Origin: Hyphochytrium catenoides | Lineage: Eukaryota; Protista; Hyphochytriomycota | NCBI GenBank assembly: GCA_900088475.1 | Contig: FLMG01002721.1 | Span: forward strand, 1 to 64,000 | Length of the DNA: 64,000 nt | Reading direction: 5' to 3' | Shown here: positions 12,450 through 24,620 of the stretch, one piece after another | Position numbering within the stretch: position 1 is the first letter of the stretch | Layout of the letters: every line of letters starts with the position of its first letter | Made by a program: the position numbers and the translations under genes | The notes under the pieces: generated by a model | What the model was told of the DNA's origin: nothing | The model's database searches: none | Seen by the model: only the letters and a program-made list of their open reading frames with translations

Positions 12450-15400
12450 GGAAACTATTGAGAACAAACAGAACCAAAACAGGCCAAATAGTCATTCAAG
12501 AGGCACATCATTTGGATAGAAAGTGATTGCAAGGAAAAATGCGTGTAGCGACCAAAGGACCGCGCTTACCTGGGTGGGTCAGCGCTGGGACGACATGCTT
12601 AGATGTCCACAGCACCAGCTGGTTGAGCCTCTGTGGAGTGACGTAGCCTTGACTAGAGACTTCTTCTTTACCAGCCTCGTGGATTGTTAGCTTCCCGTAG
12701 ACGTGCACGGCCAAGACAATCGTTTCCTCCTGGCTCAAATGATCGATTCTGCTGTCTGAGGCCAGAAGCTTCTCCGTTTTCCCAAGAATGCCTTCCAGAG
12801 CGCGGAAGACGAGTTGCAAGGTCCTCAACTGTGAGAGAAGCTTCTCTCTCGGCGCAGGCTGAAGAGTAAAAGTTAAAAGAACACATTGGCCTTACGCTGA
12901 GACCGCAAAAATGGCTAAGACAAGCTCTACTTTACCTCGTTCGCTAAGATGTAATCAAGGATTTTTAGCGCTGACAGGACGGAGATCTGCCCAGAAGTTT
13001 TCTCTTTGCTGGAAGTAGACAATGAACTTTCGCTCTCGAGAGCTTTTAGTGCAGTCTGGATGAGCGTTTCTGCTCTCCCCCACGCACAGAGGCAATGGAT
13101 AAGTGGTCCCGCCTCCTCATCTCGCCAGGTGGCGAGGGCTTTGACGTCTGAGGTAGTATTGATTAGACATGTTGGAGGCAGTGAGCGCGGAAGGAGGCTG
13201 TAGACAACTCTGGAGGAAGATCAAGGGGGAAGAGGCCGGTCGTACCACTACTGAGTCTTTGGCCGGCACTGTCGTCACTGGGAAGAAGTGAAAATATCAT
13301 CCGCAGTGAGGTCGTGATAGCTGGCTGGTCCTTGTATCTGGGTTGCCAGTAGTTTGACAAAAGATAGTGAGAAGACGACAGACAAAGTCTAGAAGGAGGG
13401 CAGCTATGATGGACCCAGACAGCAACAGCATTTGATGGAGATCTAATCTACTCGGTCCCCAGGCGGTGTCCGTACCGATCCAGAAGTGCTCTTATATCTT
13501 GAGGCCTTAATTCCTGATGGAGCAGGAGCAGCGCCGCCTTATGTTTGTCCTCTTTGAGCTTCTTGCTGACGCTCTCCAGCATCCCCCAAGCGATCTGTAC
13601 CGTCGCGGTTACCAGCGGGATATCCGACGCCCTCAGAGCTGGTGTTTCCTTCTCCTCACCCTTAGCGGAAGGATGGAAAGTATAGAAGTTTAGCTTTCGA
13701 CTGAGGGAGAGGCGTAAGGGGATCAAGGATAGAAAAGACCTGTGTGCGAGTGTGAAAGGTAGAGTAAATCTCCATCAAGAAGAGAGAAGGAAAAGCAAAG
13801 CCACGCAGACCGGAATGCACAGAGGCACAAGTACGTGTTACCTTGTCTGTGCTGTCCTCATCCTTCGCCTTTCGCTTCTTCCGGTTCTCGTTCACATTCA
13901 CCCCGTCGGGAGAATTCTCGTCATTGCTTCCCACAACTCGTCGCTTCCCTTTGCCTCCGTCTTCTGCAGTGACAAGAACACGGAGAAGAACCAGTGCAAA
14001 CTTGCAAACCGCTCCGACGCTGGCGTGCAAGTGAAGCGAGCTGTAGAAGGTGGAAGCGGCAGCCTGATTGCGGCGCACGAAGGCAAAAAATCGCCGGATC
14101 TGCTCTGAGTTTGTGACACCCTGCAAGCAAGAAACTCCCGCATCAGAACTCAGCACTACGGTTAGGACTCGGAAAGAAAGGATCAGCCGTTAGGACTCGG
14201 AAAGAAAGGATCAGCCGTAGTCGCGAGGCGCCAGCTTGCGTTCACATCTTACGTAAACGTAAGGTTAAGCGGGGCATTCTAGATAGTCGCAAAGCAATGT
14301 AATAAGAAGAAAGGCTAGACTAGAGACCTGTGGGAAATACGAGTTCAGGAACAGCTGCGTGAGGGCAGCCACCATAGGGCGGTTGTCTTTGTCCTGGACC
14401 AAGCGTCCCAAGAGATCATCCACCTACACCATCCGCGCATAGCACAACATCCAATTAGGGACAGATAGCAAGATGAAGAAGGCCATACAAGCTGCTTAAC
14501 GCTCCATTATCTGGCAGAGACTAGGCTGAGCAAACAGTAAAGCGCTCCGTGTGTCGCTTACCTCCACTATCTTATAAAAGGCAATTCCTCTGATCTTCTT
14601 AACTCTCAGCAGCAGTCGAACAAACGACAAGCGGACAGGTGCAGCTTGATCGTGAATAAGCGGTGAGAGAGAAGGAAGAAGAGTCTTCATCACTCCATGG
14701 GAAAGATGATTGTCCAGGATGAAGTCCAGTCCTTGAAACACTGGTGGTAAGCGAGTCAGAGAGAGAGGACAGCTTCTTAGAAGGCGGAAAGGATGGGTTT
14801 TTGGTCATCTAGGGTGCGGAATTTACCCGCTGTACGGACGGCAGGTGATGCCTTGTCATAGACGAGCTCGCCCGCCAACTGTGTGAGAAGGAACTTGATC
14901 ATCTGTTGCCAGTATGCCAGAATACATTAGCCAAGAGATCAGTCTAGTTTATCCAGGAACACAATCTACAGCCCTTTCGTGGAAAGAAGCACTCTGCCAC
15001 CTGCCACTGTGTCCGCTCTTTTCTATTTCTTACTCATTTCTCCTGGCTTTGCCTATATCTTCACCCACCTGCAAGGGAATCAACTCCCAGAAGAGCCCGA
15101 GCACCCTACTGATTCCCTGGACACCGACGACTCGAACGGAAGGGTCTGGATCTTGAATGAGGTCTCCCAGACAGTCAAATTGCTTCTGCAATAAGGCATC
15201 AGCCTCAGACACTGCAGCCCCCGGGCTTTGCAAAGGGAAGACGTCCACAAGAAGCGTCGCTGCTTGGCGGCGAACCTGCGTGCGTGCGGAAAAACAGGTG
15301 ACATAGCGAGTGGCAAATGGAGGAAAGGTAAGGTGATGCGGCCGCTTCAGTGACCCTCGTGTAGCTTACGATGGAGTTAGCCGCCTTCAAAGACCTCCAA

Positions 15401-17084
15401 AGAATGGGCTCATACAACCGTAGTAGCATCTCATCCACTCCTTTTAGCCGTTTATTCTCATGAAAAGCTGAACAAAGAGTACGAATGCGTAAGGATCTTC
15501 CGAGGGGCTGCACGAGAGGGGAGCGATTAGGGTTGCACATCTTGCCTTTCAGGAGGAGCTTCAGATTGTTGAAAATCTTAGCGGTCTTAGCATGAATCGC
15601 TCTGTTGATCACGTCTTGGATGCAATTGTACTCCAGTTTCAGTGTATACTGGCCATTCGAACCTCGCCATGCCTTCAGATAAAGGTCGCCATATGTGGCA
15701 AGGACTGACTTGCGCTGGAATGGAACCTGCCGTTGAGCAGAGTTAGAGGTCTTCCGAGTGGCAGCAAGAGAGAGATAGGAGGCAAGGCTAGAGTGCATTG
15801 AGCCTGAGAAGGAAGAAAGCTACGCCGCTTTTCCAGCCACGTAAGATACTGTCCAGGAATGAGGAAATCCTTAAGAGCAAGAGAGTTAAATAAGAGAGAC
15901 ACACAGGAGAAAAAAGACGGAGAGGATCAAGAGGAAGAGGAGAAAGAGAGACAGACAGACAGACAGAGATGAACAGGTAGACCACCGGTCATAGCAAAAG
16001 GAGGACTACCCATGGGAAGGGAAAGAAGGCTCAGACGACGTGCCTGGTTAAGCACAGTGGCATGAATCTCATCAATAAAGTCCGGATGTAGGCCAAAGAC
16101 AAACCCCAGAAATCTCCGGCCATCAGCTGCCCTCAGATAGTTCGGATGGAGAAAGCAGCGCAGTAGCAGGCCCTTAAGGCTTTGAATACTTTCGTCTTCA
16201 AAGTCAAGGAGAAGGAGGGTGTTTCTTATGGCATAGACTCTCTTAACATCCACTTCCCTGGAATCCTCCTCTAAGGACTTTACGATCAGAAATGGCAGGA
16301 GCTGAGTAACTAGCAGCTCAGCGCCAGGCCGCTCATCCACCCACCACTTCTCACAGATTCTAGAGGCACATGCGACAGAGGACGCTCTTAAGAGTTATAC
16401 GAGCAGAAGAGCTAATAAGATGGCCCAACCTGGCGATGATGCCTTGCAGCGAAGAGCCTTCTACACCTCGCAGCTGAAAGATGATGGAATGAAGGTTACA
16501 GGCAACCTCCAGCAACGGATCTGGTGCCACTCTGCTTTTACTTTGAATCCAGACTTGCATGAGCTGTCCCACAACCTAGTGGTGCATAATAGACCGGTGA
16601 TGGTGACATCTCTCAGGAGCATGTTTCAGGGTAGTTAAGACTGCCTTGCTTACCCTTAAGTACCCGAGCGCATTCGCAACTTGATCGCGTGCATGGAGAT
16701 GCGCATCAAGGTCTGGCTCTGCGTCGTCCTTCATCTGTAGGCACGCGAGGTAAGTCAGGCTTTCTAACTACTAAGAGGTTTTCCACCAGCAGAGATGGTT
16801 TCCACCAGCAGAGATGTTACCTCGACATCGTCTCCTTCTTCCTCCGGACTAGGGCGCTGTTGAAGGAGGAATGATTGCTGCTCAATAAGCGGCCGAACTT
16901 TGCCAGCTATGTTCTCCCAGATGGTCTCATGCCCCTTTGTAGGCGTAGCATCGATGTGCTCAGAAAGATCGAAAGAGTCATTTTTATCGTGATGCCTCCT
17001 GAGTAGCTTCTCTAGATTAGAACAGTCCTTCACATCATCATTACTGGCAGCCGCCAGGAGCTCGCTAGCTTTCTTCTTCGTCAT
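10464..17084 (-). CDS. NCAPG2: Condensin-2 complex subunit G2 (HEAT repeat), many exons; 3' end approximate
   Basis: Spliced blocks LLLLDFEDESIQSLKGLLLRCFLHPNYLRAADGRRFLGFVFGLHPDFIDEIHATVLNQ|VPFQRKSVLATYGDLYLKAWR...LEYNCIQD...|FHENKRLKGVDEMLLRLYEPILWRSLKAANSIVRRQAATLLVDVFPL and LIHDQAAPVRLSFVRLLLRVKKIRGIAFYKIV match the CAP-G2 N-terminal domain as I recall it. The C-terminal exons are less certain. Confidence 0.88.
14161..14218. repeat. Perfect 28-bp tandem duplication in an NCAPG2 intron
   Basis: gttaggactcggaaagaaaggatcagcc at 14161-14188 and 14189-14216, followed by gt. Confidence 0.95.
16780..16816. repeat. 18-bp direct repeat (19-bp period) at the start of NCAPG2 intron 1
   Basis: tttccaccagcagagatg at 16780-16797 and 16799-16816. 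Confidence 0.9.
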
Positions 17085-18245
17085 TCTCCGAAAGCAGTCT
17101 TATGGTTGCTCTGACACCGGCATTAAGGTCCTCAGTTGACTGGCGAGGAGAAAAAGTGAAGTGGCGCGCTGCCCCTGGTATCCGGACTTTAGGGAGGGAT
17201 AGCGTCTCGTTGCGAGGTGATGAAGCGCTCGGGACACGTCTAAGCTTGGCGATACCACAAAAAAGTCTGATAGGAGCGGGAGCGACAAGCACAAAGAGAG
17301 CTAACTCTGGAGTATGAAGCAGCAGTCTAGCAACCAGCGGCCTCGAAAGGCATCATCCGACAATCGAACTAGAACTGCGTAAGGCATCGACGGCCCTTGG
17401 CTCTCCTAGAATCTTACTCGTACTCGCTGCTCCCTCTACTCCTCCTCAACGTCATCAGGCTCGCACCTCCCATAGAAAGAACTCCTTCCTCGACTCACCG
17501 AGCTCATCCCAAGCACCCAGCTCCCAGCTTCAAGCTTCACACTTCACGCTCACAGTGCGTGCGCCCTAGTCCGCGCTGGGTCTCTCTCTGGTGATGAGTG
17601 GGAAAACCTGCAAAACTCGAAAATTCAAAATGAATCACTCATAAAGAATCACAATTTACTAGCTCTAGTTATCAAAGCTTATCTCTCACTCACGACGTGG
17701 GATCCACATAGGGCTTTCCCGCTGCCTTGTTATTATCAATGGGGTAAATAAGTGTTTGCGAGACAGAGCGAGCCAAAGGTGAGAAGATGATGAGCAAGTA
17801 TCTGGTTTTTATCCAAGACAGAGTCCCTAAAGAGATATTGCAGGACTGCAGGAAGAGTGTTTCAGATCCAGAACAGAGAAGGCGGGCAATAATAAGCGAT
17901 GGGGAATCTGCGACAATGAACCTTGGGGACGTGCTGCACTACTCCGTCTGTCTCACATCTCACGAGTCTCCTTCTCCACGCTGCGCGCTGGCCGCATCTT
18001 CATCAGCCGGCGTCGTGCATCTCAATATTATTGACAGCTGGGATCATTGGAATAGAACTCTTGTCGGCATTCTTTCAAGCTGGGGCTGATAGCTTCGCTC
18101 CACTTCTGCTGGACTTACCAGTAAGCAGGCCCATTAGCTCTGCCGAGACCCAAGAGTGCACAGTTCCTTCCGCTCCGTAGAGTCTACCTTTTAGTGGACA
18201 AGTTAGCTTAGTTATAGTTGGTCTAGTTTGCTCTATAGACGAATA

Positions 18246-19719
18246 ATGGCTCAACAAGCCAAGAGAAAGTCCAAGTCCCCAACGAGGTCACCTGGCAAGA
18301 CCTCAGGTCCCTCAATTGAGGCACTTGAAAAGCAGTTGGAAGTTCTTACAGCGAAGAAGAAGCAGGCAAAGAGCTCCGTCTCTCTGTTTCGCGGCCCACA
18401 TCTAGTCCTGTACCACTTTGTCCACGTGTTCCTAAGCTTCCTCAGGAAATCAGTGTAAGTATTCAGTCCCGTAAGAATCGAAGCCAGTAGTTTTCTAACA
18501 GCATTATGCTTCAGCCTCTATGTCATCCAGCACCCGCTCACTGTCTTCGTGGTGGTTCCGGCGGCCGTTCTATGGGTCACACTGAGTCATATGCCAGGGA
18601 GTCATCACGTGTGGATGGACGAAATTCGCACTCAAGCAGAGTTTCTGGTGTGGTGGGTTGGACTTGGCGTCCTCTCCTCCGTAGGCCTAGGGACAGGAAT
18701 GCACTCTGGCATCCTCTTCCTCTTTCCTCATATCTTCAAAGTGGTGCAAGCGACAGAAGAATGCAGAACCACGGACTTTGACTCCCGCGGTGATATGTGG
18801 TTTGCTCCACATCCGTTCACTTGCCCAAACCACGGTGCAGATGGCACCGACACTTTCTCCCATATCTTCATGAAGATATTTCCAGCTTGTTTCTGGTGGG
18901 GTTTAGGGACTGCGGTTGGCGAGATCCCGCCCTATGCTCTATCTCGTGCGGGTAGGTGACGAGACTTGTACGTAACGAGGTGTAGGTGTGNNNNNNNNNN
19001 NNNNNNCATGGCCCAATATGGCCTTTGACCTCTGCGGTAGGTGACACTTTGGCTTGTAAGGAGAGGATATACACAGACCCGTTAGCCGTCACTGAGACAA
19101 TTCCGGTTGAGTCTTAATTCTTTATTTCATGCTTACAGGCATCTGCTGCGGCCACTTCCTGATGCCTTTCTGGACATTCTTCGGCGCCACGGTTATAGGA
19201 AAGGCGGTAATCAAGGTCAATATGCAGGCTGGTATGTTTGAGCCATCAAGCTTGGATCATAAACAGTACTTGTGGGCCTGACCTTTGTTCCTTTCCCTCG
19301 CCTCTAGCCTTCTTCATCGCGCTATTTAGTGATGTATACTTGAAGAAACTGGTCCACTTCGTAGAGAAGTACAGTCCCGAGCACTTGGGGTTAGATGAGC
19401 AACTTGAGGAGTTCCTTGTAGAAACAAGAAAGAAGTTCCATGATAGCAGGGATTCCCACGCGTCAGGAGATGAAGCGAAGTCAATCTTCTCCAAGGCAGG
19501 GAGTTTGGTCATGGTTGCGCTGATCGGGTGGTAAGGTTCTTCTTCTTGTGAGGAGTTAGGTTGGCCAATCTAATATGATCCTTGCCTAGGTTCGCTCTCT
19601 CCTGCGTCGAGCAGTTCGCCCAACAGCATGCTTGTCGCGAGATTGATGCAGAGATTGAGCCTGTGAAGGCTCAACTGAACAAGCTCCGGACAGGTGACGA
19701 GAAGAAGAAGGATAAGTGA
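18246..19719 (+). CDS. VMP1: Vacuole membrane protein 1 (VMP1/TMEM49/KMS1), interrupted by an assembly gap
   Basis: [46 protein letters not shown], then after the gap WPNMAFDLC|[33 protein letters not shown] 18246, TGA 19717-19719. Confidence 0.93.
18991..19006. other. Assembly gap (16 N) inside VMP1
   Basis: Run of N in the sequence. Confidence 1.
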
Positions 19720-20971
19720 GAGTATGGCCTAGTAGACTATTGTGAGGTTAGCGTCGTATGCGGATAGTCACAATAGGCGTTGCATGGTCTGACGGAGCTC
19801 AACCGCTAAGGAATTTGGACGGAAATGAGTCGTTATAGCAACCTTAATAAGGCCAGGCAGATGGAGGCTGTCATCTGCAGGATACTTTGTCTCAGAACTC
19901 CTACTCTACGCATATCTGCTATTTGTTCGTTGTGTGAATGGCTGGGTGTGCTCTTTGTCAGTTTCCACTCTGGCTCTTTACTATAAGAGAAATATGCAAG
20001 CTAATACTTTCTGAACTACCTGTCTCGAATGAGATGCGAGTCCTGCGGTTCTCAACGATCTAGGTTGAAGCCTCTTGCATCCCATGCTATAAGGACCGTT
20101 ACTGTGTGTCAATGGCGACATATCAAGCTGCTGCGGCTCGTTTTTTGACAAAGTTCGCTTTCTGTATCGAGGAAATCTGCACTGATGTGAGGTACTTGAA
20201 ACAGTTCCACGACTAGCTACAGGGTGCACTGTGAACTCTATAGTCTCTGATTGTCCTCCAGGAAGCTGGCTCCCCAGACACTGCTATAGCACCTATTGCT
20301 CTCTGAGCTTTGGCAATAACCCAAGAACCTCCTTTTATAACAGTGGGCTTACACTTCCCAGATCAATGATTCTACTCTTACCAACCCCGCCAGAGCCCCC
20401 AGATCTCGAATCTGTTCCCTCTTCTTCTGCCTACCTCAAATCATTGCGCTTTCTAGCTCTCTTCTTCTTTTGTCGCTTGTTGACCCAATGAACATAACTC
20501 CCTAGAGCCTATTGTTATCTGTCAAGAGTCAAGAGACATTCTCATCGAGATCTGGTAGTTCTAGAGTGTGCCCACAGTGTCTGGAAGTTGATGGGATGAT
20601 GTGAGAAGCAGAGCGGGGCTTATTATCAGTTATCTGTCGTAGCACTGGAATATGAATCACTAGCTGATAATCAGAGGCATGATTTACTCCAGGGGGATTG
20701 CTGAAGGGTAGCTCCATGCCTCTCCTAACATTATGACTTGGAGTTCCCCTCTCCTAATCTTATGACTGGTTATTAGGGGACACAGACAAAGAGCGAGAAG
20801 AGAAAGAGAAAAGCTCTGCATTGCTGGAACTATTGGGGCAGAAAAGTCAATAGCTGAAGATTATCGGCAAAGTGATGTTGACTGTGCGTTAGCTAGACGG
20901 TCACAGGGGTTTCGACGGGCAGGGAGAGAGGAAACGAGTAATTACTGGGGTGCCCAGAGACAGCAGACAGC

Positions 20972-21846
20972 ATGTTGGCCAGATCTATGTATTCCAAGGT
21001 TGGCCGAGGGGTCCTTCGACCTTCCAGAGTAAGTGATCGCGTTCAAGGATCCACTGGGTTGACCTAGGTCAGATGCTGATCTTCATGAACTTGTTTCAGG
21101 TTCTTGCGACTCCTCACGCGCTTCAAGAGCGTCAGTTTATCTCGGTCGTAGAAAAATATTCTCGTGCTGTCAAGGAGTTTGGAGTGAAAGGTACCTTGTG
21201 GAAGCTTTATTTCCTTGGTGATGTTAAGTTTGGCAAACTAGTGGGAGAGGATCGGTACGGTACGAAGTACTACGAAGACCTTTCAGAGCCTTATGGTACG
21301 TTACGCGTCAGTGTCGTTAGGTTTTGACATGCGGAGCATCTGATCGGAATCATGTTAGGCCAACATCGATGGGCGGAACCAAAATTTGCTTTTGAGGACT
21401 GGGATCCCTCCATGATTCCTCCTGAATGGCATGTCTGGGTCCACCACATGAGGGATGAGGTTCCTAGCGATCAAAAGGTACGTGATCTAATCAGTGTTCT
21501 GGGCTAACATCCACACAGTATCACTCTAACCACGGTTATATTACCTAAACTCTAGCCTGGATACTATGAGAATCGCCCCATAGTTAACTTCAGTGATGCG
21601 CCGTACAATAATAACCTGGGGCTTATGCAAAACGAGTACAAGCCCAATCTTACCACTCACCGATCCAGAGGCTACGGTGTCGGCAGCCTAAAGACCAAGT
21701 GGGGTGAGTCTGACAAGGAGTATCTGCAGCCCAACCACCCCCTGCGAAGGAGAAAGAGAGTCCACGATAATGTCAAGCATTGGAAGCCAAATGGCCAGAG
21801 TGACACCACACCAGATGAACCGCTGCGTGACCTCGAAAAGCTCTAG
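20972..21846 (+). CDS. NDUFA12: NADH:ubiquinone oxidoreductase subunit A12 (B17.2) with a mitochondrial-type Arg/Ser-rich presequence; 4 exons
   Basis: MLARSMYSKVGRGVLRPSR|...KFGKLVGEDRYGTKYYED...YG|QHRWAEP...WDPSMIPPEWHVWVHHMRDEVP; G.LVG.D.YG.KYYE, RW and S.IPPEWH.W.H are NDUFA12 signatures. Confidence 0.92.
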
Positions 21847-22124
21847 TTCCCTAATACTCGCCACAAAGAACAACCTTCTCCGCAACCGACAGATGACAGC
21901 GTGCGGGCCACTGTGGTGGGTGCCGCTCGACTAACGTTGCTTTAAAGCCACGAACGCGGTGGTCTGGTATAGACCGAGAAGGCTTGGTGGGAGATACGGA
22001 GGGAGAAAGACACGTAGTGGCGTTACAAGTTCAGTTAGGTGACAGCAGCAGCATTGCTGCCGCACGACATGACACATTTAATGATACGAAGGGTCTATAA
22101 GTACATGTGGGTGAAAACAAAACT

Positions 22125-24473
22125 CTAATCCCACGCATCGGCCGTCGTCTGCTGCTTGCGTGGCAGAGGTTGTGTGGGCCTTTGCGGTGTTCTGATACCC
22201 AGAGAACGGCTGATGAGCCGACTAGCTGTTGAGGTATTGGTGGCTGGTCGACGAGGAGGTGAAACGCCTGCGCGCACAGCACTCCTCGCTGCATCTCCTG
22301 CCTCATCTAATGGCCGCACCTGTAGAAATTCACTTCTCTTGACTGCGAGAGCGGACTGAGCCAGCGACCGTAATCAGTAGGTTAAGGGAACCACACCAGC
22401 CGAGCTTTAAGAGGAGTGTAGGAACAACATGTAGAGGTCAACAAGCGGAAGTTTCAATTTAGAGGAAGAGGGGACATGACTGGTACTTGGAGAAGGATAT
22501 GAGACCGGAATACTGCTAGAGCCGTCACTCCATGCTCGATCCACCTAAAGGAAAGTGAAAGAAAAGGTATCAGACACTTATATCACAATGCTTTTTTGCT
22601 AGGAAAGGAAGGCTGGTGCACCTGATGTCGCATCCCGCTTTTCTATAGGGTGCCAGCATCATGTCCAGCTGAAAGCTCTGCAAGCCCTGAGGAAAGCCTT
22701 TGATTTCCAAAATGTGGTCATCCGTCACAGGATCGCAGAACTCTGCGAAGGGAGAGCGTTTTAAACAGCGTCCAAGTTGAGAGAGTATCGACTGAGAGAA
22801 GACGGAGAGTAGATGAAGTGTGGAGGAGAACCTTCTATGCCGTCAAGATTGATGCCTCTCCTTGAATGAATGACGGGGCGTCTGGAAGAGCCGGCTAACA
22901 GATCGGTGGCTTGCTGCTCGGCAGCCTGCGCTAGTAGGGCTTGCTTCTTGCGTTCATCCTCCAAGGCTGGATAGGAAAGCTTTTAGCCTCTCACTCCTTC
23001 CTTTCAGTTCGCGAAGGTTTGCCCCAGCCCAACCTTCCGCTTCCATCCCTTTCAGAATGTTTTTACGCACAGACTCCACGGTTTTACACTCTATGAAGAG
23101 CTTCCACCGTCTATGATCGTTGGGAAACCCTTGACTCACAATCTGCTCCAGTCTCCACCTTTTACGTTGGTCGCCACCCTCTACGCTGCAAAACTGTGCC
23201 CTCGTCACCTTTCTTACCTATTTGCCTTCGAGCTTCCCCAATCATTCGCGTGATATTGGCGACGGCTTCGTCTATTAATAAGCACAGGACGGAGCAGATG
23301 GTTACAATCCAGGGAAGGAGAGTAAACATACGTGAAGGTGAGAAGGGGCAAGTGACATAGACAGAGATAAAGAGAACCGACACCAGTAGAGAAGGAAAGG
23401 AGCGATTCCGTGTCTTTCCATCAGTTCATACCTTCCTCATCCTCACTGCTCGTGGCCTTTGCTTCAGCTCCAGTCTCCTCAGCACTCCTCTTTGTACCGC
23501 CATCCTGGCCTCTTCCCTTTACCTGACCCTCCGAGTTGATGCCCCAGGACCAGCGGCTGCCAAGGTCAAGGTTCTCCTCTCTATCCTTGCTACCACTAGA
23601 CCCTAGCCGTGCACAATGATTCAGTAAGAAGAGAGACTGGTGCAAGAAGCAACATAGGGAAGATGCTAAACTTTGCGTCTGACATCCTTTTCTCTCACCG
23701 TTATCCCCTGATTGCGTACTCTGCTTCGCTTCTCCCTTTCTTTGACCTGCTGGCACCTTGCTATCCTCCGCTTTTTCCTTTCCACTCTTTGAAGCCAACG
23801 GCCCCGTGCTCTGATCAGGGGATGAGACGGCCAAATCTTTCATTCTTCGAGGAAGCCCATCATCCGCCTCAGCAGCTCTTGGCGGAGTGGAAGACATAGG
23901 GTTCGGGCGCCGCCTGTGCGGCGGGAGATAGGCAGCTTTTGCTGCTTTTTCCTTTCGGGGTGTCCTCTCCTCGGACTGCCTCTCAGGAAGCTTGGCTCGG
24001 GGAGGAGAGTTCAATAAGTCACTGTCCTCTGAGATCGTCATCGCTCCGTCGTCAGGCGTGCAAGCTGCCGGAGCAAGGGGATGGGCTGCGGCAGGAGCTG
24101 CGGCGTTGCTACTAACCCTCTCTGTTACTTCGTCAGTAGCAGGTGGCGCAGTAGGAGGAGAGGAGCTCTTCGGGACCAAAATCTTCTTTTTGCTCTTCTT
24201 TGCCTTGCTTGGCCTCTGCTCAGTCTGTTCTCCATCAGCAGTCTCTGCCAGTGTCCGGGGCTCTGCGCCGTTCTTTTCGGCGGCGGCGGGGGAAAGATAT
24301 GGAGGTGTCTCTTGTTGAGAAGTTGTGGCGGATGATGCCTCCCCCTGACCGGCATTTTGCTGTCGGCGGTGGCGAGGGACATAGAAAGCCACGGGAGCCC
24401 TATCTCTCTCCCTCTCTCTGGACCGTGTACAGGCGCCTCGGGGCGGCGTGGACTCACTGCTTTGCTCCCCCAT
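22125..24473 (-). CDS. R3HCC1/R3HCC1L-like protein: long disordered N-terminus plus C-terminal RRM-like domain
   Basis: Spliced C-terminus DHILEIKGFPQGLQSFQLDMMLAPYRKAGCDIR|WIEHGVTALAVFRSHILLQ|SALAVKRSEFLQVRPL...RPATNTSTASRLISRSLGIR...DAWD* resembles the R3HCC1-like pattern (H.IEI..FP...F.IKWVDD..AL.VF.S...RP.T....A.RL....LG). N-terminal RDRAPVAFYVPRHRR and a second YLPPHRR motif. Confidence 0.75.
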
Positions 24474-24523
24474 AGAGAGGTAGGATGAAGCAAGCCGGGA
24501 CTGAGTCCTTTCAGGAGGTATAA

Positions 24524-24570
24524 GGGAGAGAGAGAGAGAAAGAGAAAAAGAGAGAGAGAGAGAGAGAGAG

Positions 24571-24620
<50 letters not shown>

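Noticed and set aside
17505-17556. Degenerate heptamer run (cccagct cccagct tcaagct tcacact tcacgct)
   Set aside because: Too short and degenerate to call telomeric or functional.
17787-18180. 100-aa and 85-aa ORFs upstream of VMP1
   Set aside because: No recognisable motif or convincing splice structure; lies in the NCAPG2/VMP1 divergent spacer. A small orphan gene is not fully excluded.
19737-19775. 9-bp inverted repeat (ctattgtga/tcacaatag) just after the VMP1 TGA, considered as a SECIS or readthrough element
   Set aside because: No SECIS core (AUGA/GA quartet with AA loop), and the protein is complete at this stop.
20719-20769. Imperfect direct repeat cctctcctaa..ttatgact x2 upstream of NDUFA12
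   Set aside because: Two copies only, with no element structure; not CRISPR-like or transposon-like.
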